From Patescibacteria group bacterium (lineage in GTDB: Bacteria; Patescibacteriota; Patescibacteriia; XYB2-FULL-38-15), in assembly GCA_041653675.1 (NCBI GenBank), contig JBAZEY010000004.1, forward strand, positions 1,105-65,104: a DNA stretch of 64,000 bases, given 5' to 3'. The notes beneath the pieces are model-generated. The model worked only from the letters and a program-made list of their open reading frames with translations. It ran no database searches and was not told the DNA's origin. Both the position numbers and the translations under genes were made by a program. Below are positions 10,506-19,927 of this stretch, piece by piece. Position 1 is the stretch's first letter. The number at the start of each line of letters is the position of its first letter.

Positions 10506-10527
10506 TTTTAATTTTGAATTTTGAATT
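10476..10527. repeat. Heptamer tandem array (TAATTTT-type), upstream arm, inverted relative to 10089..10141
   Basis: Reverse complement reads aattcaa aattcaa aattaaa aatgcaa aattac aatgaaa aattaaa aatt, with the same 6-nt phase break (aattac) as the other arm. Confidence 0.8.
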
Positions 10528-11680
10528 AAATTAACGCGTACAACGCCGTCATTGCCGCGGCTAAAATAAAAAGCGCGATCCAACTATCCGGAAAAAAGAA
10601 AAGAGTGACAAGGGCAAGCGCGCTCACAATAAGTTTTCCCAAAACTAGAGCCATCTGAAGAAAAATAACGCAATTCATCACGCTGGTTTTTTTCGCTTCT
10701 TCGTAAGTAATAGACGCGAGCGGAACGCCGACGGTTCTTCTTGAAATTCTGTATAATGAGTCGGTCATAAAAACGCCAACTCCGGAAATTACTAAAACTC
10801 TCATAAGCCAAGTAAAGGCCGTAAAAATAACTCCGATTTTTAAAACTTCGTGTCTTGACTCTTCATCCGTAATTCTTCCAATATATAAGGTTAAAATTGT
10901 TGCCACAAAGACGGAGGCAGAAATTAAAAATCCGATGGAAGCATAGGCCGGAATCATTAAAAAAATAAAAATTGGCCAAAGATAACCGGCCAAATGTTCT
11001 TCGCCAAAACCAAAATAAGAAAAAAGTTTTCGTCGATTCTCGGGCGCGACTAGCCGCTTCATTGAATCCCGATAAGAAAAAGGTACTGGCTCAAATTTTT
11101 CCGGAGTGGTGAGAAGAGGGATATTGGAAACTAGAATCAAAAAGGCAACAATAATAAACAAAACTTTAAATCCGACGGTCGCAATGACGACGCCGCCGAA
11201 AGCCGGTCCCAAAATCATTACGATAGAATCAAGCACCACTAAATTGGAAATCTCCCTGCCGCGCGATCCATCTTTACCGAAACGAGCAAAATCGGCGTGG
11301 TAACCCGGCCAATAAAGCGTTTTTTGGATGGCTAAAGAAATGACCGCGCTTACAATAAAAAAAGGATGGTAGGGAATGGCAAACAACGACAAGTAAAAGA
11401 GAATTAAAAAGGGCGTGGAAAAAAGTATGGCGTGTTCGTAGCCGCGACTACGGGCAAATTTTCCGCCAAGCGGTACTAATAAAAAGTACAGGGCGTAAAC
11501 GGCAATATAAAAAATCAAAATTTTGGATAAAGAAAATCCCAGGGTGTAAAGATAGATAGGCTCAAAAACGCCAACCGCCGAAACGGCAAAATCTAAAATC
11601 GCCGTCGACCAAAAAAGCTCCTTTAATTCCCGCGACATGCCATCCGCGAAATAACGATGATAAAAATTACGTAAAAACAT
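10526..11680 (-). CDS. MFS-type transporter
   Basis: 384 aa, about 12 hydrophobic segments, GGKFARSRGY loop, LGPAFGG. Confidence 0.8.
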   Translation of the reverse strand: MFLRNFYHRYFADGMSRELKELFWSTAILDFAVSAVGVFEPIYLYTLGFSLSKILIFYIAVYALYFLLVPLGGKFARSRGYEHAILFSTPFLILFYLSLFAIPYHPFFIVSAVISLAIQKTLYWPGYHADFARFGKDGSRGREISNLVVLDSIVMILGPAFGGVVIATVGFKVLFIIVAFLILVSNIPLLTTPEKFEPVPFSYRDSMKRLVAPENRRKLFSYFGFGEEHLAGYLWPIFIFLMIPAYASIGFLISASVFVATILTLYIGRITDEESRHEVLKIGVIFTAFTWLMRVLVISGVGVFMTDSLYRISRRTVGVPLASITYEEAKKTSVMNCVIFLQMALVLGKLIVSALALVTLFFFPDSWIALFILAAAMTALYALI

Positions 11681-11724
11681 TTGTTTACGCCTCGAATATC
11701 AATTTAATTTTCAATGAATATTTT

Positions 11725-12675
11725 TTAACTTTTTTTTCTGAACCATTCCACTGTTTTTTCTAAACCTTCATCTAATTTTACTTTTGGTTCCCACCCGAGC
11801 TCACGTCTAATTTTTGAATAATCAAGAACGCTCCGCATTTGCTCGCCGGCGACTTTATTTTTGGCTGTCCCCTGCCCGATCGGCGCGCCGTGTATTTCGG
11901 AAGCGCGGGAACCCGTTAACTTTTTTAAAGTTTTAAAAAGTTTAAGAACATCTATTTCCCGGCTTGTTCCAACATTAAAAGATCCAACCTTTTTAGATTT
12001 TAACGCCAAGAGATTTGCCCGGACAACGTCGCCAATGTAAATATAGTCTCTCGTTTGTTTGCCGCTTCCGAAAATAACCGGCTGTTTTCCGTGGAGCATT
12101 TTATCAGTAAAAATAGCGATTACTCCCGCCTCACCCTCGGGACTCTGCCGCGGACCATAAACATTAGCCAACCGAAGAGCCGCGTAGGGTAATCCATGCG
12201 TCTTCCAAAAATAATGCAAATACATTTCGGCAGAAATTTTTGCCGCGCCGTATGGTGAAACAGGCAGGGCAAATTTATTTTCCGGCGTTGGCAGAACCGT
12301 CGCCTCTGAAGAAAGGGCGCCGCCGGTTGCCGCGAAAATAATTTTTTTCACTCCGTATTTCGCCGCATTTTGTAAAATATTAATTGTTCCTAAAACATTT
12401 ATCTCCGCGTCAAAGATCGGATCGCGCACCGAGGTCCGCGTGTCTATCTGAGCGGCGTAATGGAAAACAAACGCTGGTTTTTCTTTTTTAAAAATTCCCT
12501 GAATTTTTTTATCGCGAACGTCAATTTTATAAAATTTCGCCCGAGGATTAATATTTTGTTTTTTTCCTCTATACAAATTATCAATCACAACAACTCTGTG
12601 ACCGCGCTCGATTAACGCGTCAACAATATGAGAACCAATAAAGCCGGCGCCGCCAGTGACAATAATTTTTGCCAT
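11725..12675 (-). CDS. NAD-dependent epimerase/dehydratase (UDP-glucose 4-epimerase-like)
   Basis: VTGGAGFIGSH, YGAAK (YxxxK), NVYGPRQ, TRDYIYIGD. Confidence 0.92.
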   Translation of the reverse strand: MAKIIVTGGAGFIGSHIVDALIERGHRVVVIDNLYRGKKQNINPRAKFYKIDVRDKKIQGIFKKEKPAFVFHYAAQIDTRTSVRDPIFDAEINVLGTINILQNAAKYGVKKIIFAATGGALSSEATVLPTPENKFALPVSPYGAAKISAEMYLHYFWKTHGLPYAALRLANVYGPRQSPEGEAGVIAIFTDKMLHGKQPVIFGSGKQTRDYIYIGDVVRANLLALKSKKVGSFNVGTSREIDVLKLFKTLKKLTGSRASEIHGAPIGQGTAKNKVAGEQMRSVLDYSKIRRELGWEPKVKLDEGLEKTVEWFRKKS

Positions 12676-12708
12676 AGATATAAATTTACAATTTTTAAAT
12701 TATATAAT

Positions 12709-13818
12709 TTATTTTTTTCCCGTTTCTTTTTTCCATTTTAAGTATGCTTCCATAAATGGCTCTAAATCTCCATCGAGCACTGTTTCCGCGTCCGCCGTTT
12801 CAAACTTTGTCCGATGGTCTTTAACCATTTTATATGGTTGTAAAACATACGATCGAATCTGGTTTCCCCACGCCGCCAAAACCCCCGCCCGTAATTTATC
12901 TATTTCTTTAGTTCTTGTTTCTTCTTGCAAATACAAAATTTTTGCTTTCAAAATTTTCAAAGCGGTTTCTTTATTTTGCGCCTGCGAACGCTCGCGCTGA
13001 CAACTAACTGTAAGGCCAGTTGGAATATGGACAGCTCTTACGGCCGAATAAGTTGTTTGCACACTTTGTCCGCCATGGCCGCTCGAAAGGAATGTATCAA
13101 TCCGTAAATCTTTTGGATCAATTTTTACTTCTGAAACATCTTCAATTTCCGGTAAAATTTCAACCAAAGCGAATGAAGTATGGCGCATTTTTTCCGCATC
13201 ATATGGAGAAATACGAACTAAGCGGTGAACACCAGATTCACTCCGAAGCCACCCATAAGCCATTCTGCCGGTAACCTTTATTGTAATACTTTTTATGCCC
13301 GCTTCCCCGCCGCGCGTCTCGTCAATAATTTCTGTCCGCCAACCCTTCTTTTCACAAAATCTAAGATACATTCGAAGAAGCATTTCCGCCCAATCCTGCG
13401 CTTCAGTACCGCCCGTTCCGGCATGAATCCCCAAAATGGCGTTCGCCCGATCGTGGGATTCAGAAAATAAAACAAAAAATTCTAATTTTTTAAACTTGGC
13501 AAGAAGCTCATTATATTTTTTTTCTATCTCTTCGCGGAGAGTTACTTCTTTATCTTTTTCATCAAGCCGAGCTAAATCCAAAACATCATCAACTTCTTTT
13601 TTCAGTTTTTCCCAAATTTCAACTTCCTCTTTTAAATCATTTAATCTTTGGCTCATTTCCCGCGCCGCTTCTTGGTCTTTCCAGAAGTCTGGCTCCGAAG
13701 TTATCTTTTCCAGATTAATAATTTCTTTTTTATTATTCTCTAATTTTAAAAGTTCAAAGGCCTTGGCTATCCTCTGTTTCAGGTCTTCTATATTTTTAAC
13801 CAACTCATCCATTTTCAT
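12709..13818 (-). CDS. prfB: Peptide chain release factor 2 (continuous ORF, no programmed frameshift)
   Basis: GGTEAQDWAEML, ESGVHRLVRISPY (SPF-like), GHGGQ, WGNQIRSYVLQPY. Confidence 0.96.
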   Translation of the reverse strand: MKMDELVKNIEDLKQRIAKAFELLKLENNKKEIINLEKITSEPDFWKDQEAAREMSQRLNDLKEEVEIWEKLKKEVDDVLDLARLDEKDKEVTLREEIEKKYNELLAKFKKLEFFVLFSESHDRANAILGIHAGTGGTEAQDWAEMLLRMYLRFCEKKGWRTEIIDETRGGEAGIKSITIKVTGRMAYGWLRSESGVHRLVRISPYDAEKMRHTSFALVEILPEIEDVSEVKIDPKDLRIDTFLSSGHGGQSVQTTYSAVRAVHIPTGLTVSCQRERSQAQNKETALKILKAKILYLQEETRTKEIDKLRAGVLAAWGNQIRSYVLQPYKMVKDHRTKFETADAETVLDGDLEPFMEAYLKWKKETGKK

Positions 13819-13845
13819 AAACTTCTCGTCCGCCTTTTTTCTAAA

Positions 13846-15087
13846 TTAATTATTATACTCTCCGAGCGTCACTTTGATGTTTTTTTCTTCGCCCTTACGT
13901 AAAATTTTTAGATTAATTTCATTGCCAGGATGAAATTTAGCTATTTCCCTGGACAACGGGTGCTCTTCGTCTATTTTTTGACTATTCAATTCCAAAATTA
14001 TGTCATTTTCTAAAAGGCCTGCTTTGTCTGCCGGAGATCCTGGTACTACAGCAAAATCTGTTTCTTTCTGCCCGCGCGCCACAAGCGCCCCATAATCCTT
14101 TTCCAGCTGATTTTCTTTGGCAATTTCTTTATTGATTAAAACATAGCGGACGCCAAGCCATGGCCGAACTATCTTTCCGTTTGCCTTAACACTTTCTATA
14201 TCTTGTTTGGCCGTATTAATCGGAATGGAAAAACCTATCAGCTGCCCTTGCTGGCTCATAGCTGTGTTAATGCCGATTACCTGGCCAGCCAAATTCACGA
14301 GCGGCCCGCCGGAATTTCCCGGATTAATCGCTGCGTCAGTTTGGATTGCCTCTTCGATTACTTCCGATCCGCCGCGATTGTCTCCGGCCTCTATCCGCCG
14401 ACCAATGCCAGAAATTACACCCTTAGTCACGGTATTTTTATATTCTCCCAATGAATTTCCAATCGCAATCACTGTTTGACCCAATTCGAGTTTATCTGAG
14501 TCGCCGAGCTCCACAATCGGAAGATCAGTGGCTTCAATTTTTAAAACTGCGATGTCTAAAAATGGATCTGTTGCTAAAATTTTCGCGTCATATTTTTTAT
14601 CATCATTTGTGATAACTGTATATTCCGCTTCCTCGTCGGACACTACGTGTTTATTTGTCAAAATCAAACCGTCCGAAGAAATGATAAATCCCGTCCCGCC
14701 GCCAATTTCCGTTTTGCCAGAAGTGCCGCTCGTATCTCCGGCACTGGGCGACCCGAAATTAAAAGGGAAACCAAAAATCTGCGAAAAATTATTGGAATTA
14801 TTAATTTTACTAATATCTTTAGAAACAACAATTGAAACTACGGCTGGAGCTACCTTTTTAACCGCACTAACTGTCGCCGATTCTTCAATCACCGCCTGAG
14901 TAATGGCTCGCTCGCTTAAAGTTCCTTCTCCTATCTGCACATCTTCACCTAAAAAAAATTTTTGAAACCACGGGATAATATGGCTCTTCCCATAAATTCC
15001 ACCAAGCATGCCGCCGATTCCGCCAAAAATTAAACTGACGAGCACCGCGGCAATTAAAACTTTTTGAAATTGTTTGTCTAGCTGCAT
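13846..15087 (-). CDS. htrA: HtrA/DegP-family serine protease with one PDZ domain
   Basis: TM anchor, LTNKHVV, DIAVLKI, QTDAAINPGNSGGPL, PWLGV, GSPADKAGL. Confidence 0.93.
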   Translation of the reverse strand: MQLDKQFQKVLIAAVLVSLIFGGIGGMLGGIYGKSHIIPWFQKFFLGEDVQIGEGTLSERAITQAVIEESATVSAVKKVAPAVVSIVVSKDISKINNSNNFSQIFGFPFNFGSPSAGDTSGTSGKTEIGGGTGFIISSDGLILTNKHVVSDEEAEYTVITNDDKKYDAKILATDPFLDIAVLKIEATDLPIVELGDSDKLELGQTVIAIGNSLGEYKNTVTKGVISGIGRRIEAGDNRGGSEVIEEAIQTDAAINPGNSGGPLVNLAGQVIGINTAMSQQGQLIGFSIPINTAKQDIESVKANGKIVRPWLGVRYVLINKEIAKENQLEKDYGALVARGQKETDFAVVPGSPADKAGLLENDIILELNSQKIDEEHPLSREIAKFHPGNEINLKILRKGEEKNIKVTLGEYNN

Positions 15088-15159
15088 ATCGTTTAGAATC
15101 AGTTAGTAACGGTATAAATTATTTTTTTAATTTATAACCTACACTCCTGATTCAAAAAA

Positions 15160-15462
15160 TTATTTTTTTAATTTCATCAAATAATGATTAAAATTAACTA
15201 CTCTGCCGTTTTCTATTTTTATCCCCTCTTTTTTTAACAGGGTAATTTTTTTCTTAACTCCACCTGAATAACCGCCCAAACTTCCGTCCGATTTCACCAC
15301 GCGATGGCAAGGAGTTTTTATGGGATGCGGATTTTTATGTAATGCCCCGCCAACCGCCCGCGGACCAGTTTTTAAAATCCTCGCGATTTCGCCATAGGTC
15401 GTCACTCTTCCTCGAGGAATTTTCTTCGTCAAAAATAAAACCTTCTCCTCAAATAGGCTCAT
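15160..15462 (-). CDS. ogt: O6-methylguanine-DNA methyltransferase (MGMT/Ogt family, short form)
   Basis: IPRGRVTTYGEIA, PRAVG, PCHRVV active site. Confidence 0.9.
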   Translation of the reverse strand: MSLFEEKVLFLTKKIPRGRVTTYGEIARILKTGPRAVGGALHKNPHPIKTPCHRVVKSDGSLGGYSGGVKKKITLLKKEGIKIENGRVVNFNHYLMKLKK

Positions 15463-15468
15463 ATATTA

Positions 15469-15477
15469 ATTATAACA
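15469..15477 (-). promoter_or_regulatory. Extended -10 promoter, leaderless ogt transcript
   Basis: Minus strand TG-T-TATAAT ending 6 nt before ATG 15462. Confidence 0.55.
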
Positions 15478-15507
15478 AAAAACTAGATAAAAGTAACCGG
15501 CGCCGAC

Positions 15508-16215
15508 CTACTCTCTTACCTCACAAATTTCAAAATTATATTTTATTTTCTCGCGTAATTCTTGCAAAAATTCGGCCGGATACGCCTTTGTTCCACGAAA
15601 TTCCGGCGCAAGAATTTTCTCCCCCGCCCGAAATTGCTGTAAATAATATTTTTTCGCCCCCTTAATAAATTCCGCGATCTTTAAAATGTCTTCCTTAACA
15701 TGAAGTCCCGGAACAATTGTGGTGCGAAATTCATATTCTAAACCGCTCCGCATTACAATACCAATACTCTCTTTAATATTATCAAGGCTCACCGCGCCTC
15801 CAACAACTTTTTCGTACGATTCTTTTTGTAATAATGTTTTTATATCCATCGCAATATAATCAATTAATTTCTCCTCAAGGAGCGCCTTAAGCATTTCTGA
15901 ATTAGTTCCATTAGTATCTAACTTTACTAAAAATCTAAGCGCTTTAATTTTTTTTATAAATTCTGGCAAATCGGGATAAAGTGTCGGCTCTCCTCCGGTA
16001 ATACAGACGCCGTCCAGGAGTCCGCGCCGTGAATTCAAAAAATCAAAAAAAAATTTTTCTTCAATAATCTCCGATAATTTAACTTTTTTCGGATCAATCA
16101 ACTCTGGATTATGACAAAAATGACAGCGAAAATTACAGCCAACAGTAAAAACCGTGCAAGCAATTTTGCCGGGATAATCGATTAAAGTTAATTTTTGTAA
16201 TCCACCAATAAGCAT
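15508..16215 (-). CDS. nrdG: Anaerobic ribonucleoside-triphosphate reductase activating protein (radical SAM)
   Basis: LIDYPGK, GCNFRCHFCHN (CxxxCxxC), ITGGEPT, LDTNG, YEFRTT; adjacent to nrdD. Confidence 0.94.
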   Translation of the reverse strand: MLIGGLQKLTLIDYPGKIACTVFTVGCNFRCHFCHNPELIDPKKVKLSEIIEEKFFFDFLNSRRGLLDGVCITGGEPTLYPDLPEFIKKIKALRFLVKLDTNGTNSEMLKALLEEKLIDYIAMDIKTLLQKESYEKVVGGAVSLDNIKESIGIVMRSGLEYEFRTTIVPGLHVKEDILKIAEFIKGAKKYYLQQFRAGEKILAPEFRGTKAYPAEFLQELREKIKYNFEICEVRE

Positions 16216-16221
16216 AGGAGC

Positions 16222-16250
16222 ATTTTATCACAAAACACGACCTCCATCAA
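16222..16250 (-). promoter_or_regulatory. sigma70 promoter, leaderless nrdG
   Basis: TTGATG-17 nt-TAAAAT with TG extension; -10 box ends 6 nt before ATG 16215. Confidence 0.6.
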
Positions 16251-16263
16251 AGGGCCGTGTTTT
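16232..16263 (-). terminator. Intrinsic terminator-like hairpin after the small NrdD subunit
   Basis: Minus strand AAAACACGGCC...GGTCGTGTTTT. Confidence 0.55.
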
Positions 16264-16283
16264 ATAAAACTCATTTCTATCAT

Positions 16284-16433
16284 CTAAACTTCCTCTATCT
16301 GTTTATCGTAAGTCTTTCTTTCTCCAAATTCTGCTTGTTTCCCATCATTCCATTGGCTTACCGGGCGAAGATAGCCGACAACGCGGGAATAAATTTCACA
16401 CGCCTGCCGCTTTGTTTGTTTTTCCTCCGTCAT
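16284..16433 (-). CDS. nrdD: Stand-alone glycyl-radical domain of split class III RNR (49 aa; below the ORF-track cut-off)
   Basis: MTEEKQTKRQACEIYSRVVGYLRPVSQWNDGKQAEFGERKTYDKQIEEV; YSRVVGYLRPV is the NrdD glycyl-radical motif that the large ORF lacks. Confidence 0.9.
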   Translation of the reverse strand: MTEEKQTKRQACEIYSRVVGYLRPVSQWNDGKQAEFGERKTYDKQIEEV

Positions 16434-16464
16434 ATATTTATTGTTAATTTATTAATTTTATTAA

Positions 16465-18495
16465 TTAACCCTTATACCCAATTTCTTCATCGCACTTCGG
16501 GCAGAAAGGATGCTCACCTGAGAGATAACCATGTTTTGGGCAAACACTAAAGGTTGGCGTCAGAGAAAAATACGGCAAGTGAAATTGGCCAGCAATTTTT
16601 TTAACAAGCAATTTTGCCGCATCGCCGTTAGGCAACCTTTCCCCGATAAAGCCATGCAGCACCGTACCTCCAGTATACCGCGTTTGCAGATCATCTTGCA
16701 AGCGCAAGGCTTCAAAATAATCGTTGGTAAATCCGACCGGTAAATGAGTAGAGTTTGTATAATAAGGAACAGCTCCTTTTTCTCGGTGAGCTTTTTCATT
16801 AGCAACAATAATTTCCGGATATTTTGCTTTGTCTTTTTTCACCAAGCTATAACTCGTGCCTTCGCCCGGAGTTGCTTCAAGATTATAAAGATTGTTTGTC
16901 TCAAGTTGATAATCCATTAGTCTCTCCCGCATAAAATCCAGAACCGACTTGGCAAAATCTTGTCCTTCTTCTGTCGCGATATTCCTTCCTAAGAAATTGA
17001 GGCAGGCTTCATTCATTCCAATCAAACCGATGGTATTAAAATGATTTCTCCAATATTCATTAAATCTTTCTTTAATTGGTGCAAGGTAATGGCGGCAGTA
17101 AGGATAAAGGCCCTTGCCGGTTAAGGTTTCTACAACCTCCCTCTTCATTTCAAGGCTCTTTTTGGCCAAATCCATAAGCCGTGCTAGGCGATCAAAAAAT
17201 TCTTTTCTGGTTTTTGAAAGATAACCAATGCGCGGCATATTGATGGTTACAACGCCAATTGAACCAGTCAAAGGATTGGCCGCGAAAAGTCCGCCACCTC
17301 GTTTTCTAAGTTCACGATTATCAAGACGCAGCCTACAGCACATTGACCGCGCGTCCTCGGCCTTCATATCGGAATTTACAAAATTAGCAAAATAAGGAAT
17401 GCCATATTTAGCCGTCATTTCCCAAATCGGATCAAATTCTTTCTTTTCCCAGTTAAAATCTGGCGTAATATTGTATGTTGGGATAGGAAAAGAAAAAACT
17501 CTGCCTTTCGCATCTCCGGAAATCATCACTTCGGCAAAAGCCTGATTAAACATATCCATTTCTACCTGAAATTCTCCATACTTTTCTTTTTGCGGCACTC
17601 CGCCAATAATTACTGCTTCATCCGCCATATTTTTAGGCGGAATAAGGTCCATAGTGATGTTGGTAAATGGCGTCTGAAAGCCAACGCGAGTAGGAACATT
17701 AACATTAAAAACAAATTCCTGCATGGCCTGCCGGACATCCTTGTAGGTCAAGTTGTCATAACGAATAAACGGAGCAAGAAGCGTGTCAAAATTAGCAAAA
17801 GCTTGGGCGCCGGCTACTTCACCTTGAAGAGTATAAAAGAAATTAACAATTTGTCCCAGGGCACTCCTCAAATGTTTCGCTGGTTTTGATTCTATTTTGC
17901 CCATCACTCCCCCAAATCCCCGCGTCAACAAATCGTGAAGATCCCAACCACAGCAATAAGCCGCCAAAATTTGTAAATCGTGAATATGGAAATCACCGTC
18001 CATATACGCATCTCTAATTTCTGGCGGATAAACTTTATTCAACCAATAATGAGAACTTATTGCCGAACTAATATGATTGTTCAAGCCTTGCAAAGAAAAA
18101 GCCATGTTACTATTTTCCCGGACTAACCAATCCAATTTATCTAAATAATTGCCCATCAGCTGATTTGAATCAACGAGAGCATTTAATTCGCGAATTTTAG
18201 CGTGCTGATCGCGATAGAGAATGTAAGCCTTGGCCACCCTCATTTGTCTCGCCCTAATCAAAACTTCTTCTACGATATCCTGAATTTCTTCAACAGCCGG
18301 TATTGACCGAGGATGAAATTTTTTATTTAAAACTTTCATCACTTGATCTGAAAGCCGGTTCGCTAACTTCTCATCCTTTTCCCCAGTAGCCTCTATTGCT
18401 TTCCCGACCGCCACCGCAACTTTTCCTTGATCAAAATCAACAATACGGCCATCTCTTTTTCTTATTTGGGTGATTTTATTCTGACTATATATCAT
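16465..18495 (-). CDS. nrdD: Anaerobic (class III) ribonucleotide reductase, large subunit with ATP cone
   Basis: IRKRDGRIVDFD ATP cone, FHIHDL, RSMCCRL, LEATPGEG, YTGGTV, C-terminal CPKH...CPKC. Confidence 0.95.
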   Translation of the reverse strand: MIYSQNKITQIRKRDGRIVDFDQGKVAVAVGKAIEATGEKDEKLANRLSDQVMKVLNKKFHPRSIPAVEEIQDIVEEVLIRARQMRVAKAYILYRDQHAKIRELNALVDSNQLMGNYLDKLDWLVRENSNMAFSLQGLNNHISSAISSHYWLNKVYPPEIRDAYMDGDFHIHDLQILAAYCCGWDLHDLLTRGFGGVMGKIESKPAKHLRSALGQIVNFFYTLQGEVAGAQAFANFDTLLAPFIRYDNLTYKDVRQAMQEFVFNVNVPTRVGFQTPFTNITMDLIPPKNMADEAVIIGGVPQKEKYGEFQVEMDMFNQAFAEVMISGDAKGRVFSFPIPTYNITPDFNWEKKEFDPIWEMTAKYGIPYFANFVNSDMKAEDARSMCCRLRLDNRELRKRGGGLFAANPLTGSIGVVTINMPRIGYLSKTRKEFFDRLARLMDLAKKSLEMKREVVETLTGKGLYPYCRHYLAPIKERFNEYWRNHFNTIGLIGMNEACLNFLGRNIATEEGQDFAKSVLDFMRERLMDYQLETNNLYNLEATPGEGTSYSLVKKDKAKYPEIIVANEKAHREKGAVPYYTNSTHLPVGFTNDYFEALRLQDDLQTRYTGGTVLHGFIGERLPNGDAAKLLVKKIAGQFHLPYFSLTPTFSVCPKHGYLSGEHPFCPKCDEEIGYKG

Positions 18496-18509
18496 AAATT
18501 GAGCGAATA

Positions 18510-18625
18510 AAATAACAAGATAACCTTGAAGAACATAAATTCGAGAAATCGGCGATAAATTTTCAAAACCCTATCTGATCCTCCTTCTCAAATCTGCTCC
18601 CGCTATCTTGCTATCGTATTATCTT
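18510..18625. repeat. Octamer-array inverted repeat with a 75-nt non-coding interior (ftsZ-nrdD spacer)
   Basis: ATAACAAGATAAC (18512-24) and GCTATCTTGCTAT (18602-14) are 11/13 complementary; both differences are G-U pairs in the minus-strand transcript. Confidence 0.5.
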
Positions 18626-18642
18626 ATGAAATGAAATTTAAA

Positions 18643-19854
18643 TTACATTATTTTCTTTCGAAGAAACGCAGGAATGTCTAAATCCTCCGCCTCTCCTCCG
18701 TCGACTTTCTTGGCGGAAAAATTTTTGCCAGCGGCGTCTTTTTCTTCAGTCCCTTCAATGTCTCCAAATTCAGTAATTTTCTTTACTGGCCTTTTTTGAA
18801 ACTGACCAACGGACGGTTTTTCCGCTTCTTTCATTTTTCCAATTGTTGGGACGGAAAAAGTGCGGGCCGTTGGCAATTCCGCATCGTATGACGCCTTTCT
18901 TCTTTCAGTAAAGCCTGTGGCAATAACAGTAATCTTAATATTATCCTTCATGTTTTCATTAATTACCGCGCCAAAAATAACTTTCGCGTCAGGATCGGCC
19001 GATGCCGTAATAATTTTAGCCGCTTCAGCAACTTCATGCATACCCAAATTCTGACCACCCGTAACTGTAAAGAGTATTCCTCGCGCGCCATCAATAGACA
19101 TTTCTAAAAGCGGTGAAGAAATAGCCGCTTTTGCCGCCTCCTCCGCTCTTCCTTCTCCGCTCGCTTCTCCAATTCCCATCATTGCTGAACCCGCGTCTTT
19201 CATTATCGCCCGCACATCGGCAAAATCAACGTTAATCAAACCGGGTATTGTGATTAATTCGGAAATTCCTTGAACGCCATTTTTTAAAACTTCATCACAA
19301 GTCGTGAATGCATCCAAGAGAGAAGTTTTTTTATCAATAATTTGTAAAAGTCTGTCGTTCGGAATAGTTATCAAGGTATCAACCTTGTCTTCCAATTCCT
19401 CCATGGCTCGCTCGGCGATCGTCCGTCTCTGTGCTCCTTCAAAAGAAAAAGGCTTTGTCACAACCGCCACCGTGAGCGCTCCCTGATCGCGTGCGAGCTG
19501 AGCAACAATCGGCGACGCGCCTGATCCTGTCCCGCCGCCCAAGCCGCAAGTCACAAAAACCATGTCCGCGCCCTTCAAGGCATCTCTAATTTCATTTTGG
19601 CTCTCTTCGGCCGCGCGTCTTCCGACCTCCGCGTCCATTCCCGCCCCTAAGCCGCGAGTAATGGTTTTTCCAATGTGCAATCTCACTGGCGCTTCGGAAT
19701 AATGAAGAGCTTGCACGTCGGTATTGGCGGCAATAAATTCAACGCCTCTTATCTTGGCTTTGACCATGCGATTCACCGCCGAGCCGCCCGATCCCCCAAC
19801 GCCAACAACCTTGATCTTGGCAAAGGTTTCAATTTCTGGTTTTATTTCTGGCAT
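18643..19854 (-). CDS. ftsZ: Cell division protein FtsZ
   Basis: [30 protein letters not shown]-terminal [10 protein letters not shown]. Confidence 0.98.
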   Translation of the reverse strand: MPEIKPEIETFAKIKVVGVGGSGGSAVNRMVKAKIRGVEFIAANTDVQALHYSEAPVRLHIGKTITRGLGAGMDAEVGRRAAEESQNEIRDALKGADMVFVTCGLGGGTGSGASPIVAQLARDQGALTVAVVTKPFSFEGAQRRTIAERAMEELEDKVDTLITIPNDRLLQIIDKKTSLLDAFTTCDEVLKNGVQGISELITIPGLINVDFADVRAIMKDAGSAMMGIGEASGEGRAEEAAKAAISSPLLEMSIDGARGILFTVTGGQNLGMHEVAEAAKIITASADPDAKVIFGAVINENMKDNIKITVIATGFTERRKASYDAELPTARTFSVPTIGKMKEAEKPSVGQFQKRPVKKITEFGDIEGTEEKDAAGKNFSAKKVDGGEAEDLDIPAFLRKKIM

Positions 19855-19860
19855 AATTAT

Positions 19861-19926
19861 AGCTTTTAGATTAAAGGTTTCAAATTTAAGATTTTGTTCT
19901 AACCTTAAATCTTAAATCCTCAATCT
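19861..19926. repeat. Empty inverted heptamer-array element (AGATTTA / TAAATCT) between ftsA and ftsZ
   Basis: AGCTTTT AGATTAA AGGTTTC AAATTTA AGATTTT gtt CTAACCT TAAATCT TAAATCC TCAATCT. Confidence 0.7.
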
Positions 19927-19927
19927 A

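Noticed and set aside
10506-10583. Track start of the four-helix ORF at 10583
   Set aside because: Overlaps the MFS gene and merely reads through the repeat arm; ATG 10505 fits the family length.
13755-13765. prfB +1 programmed frameshift (CTTTGA is present)
   Set aside because: The hexamer is out of frame (GCC TTT GAA) and the ORF is continuous.
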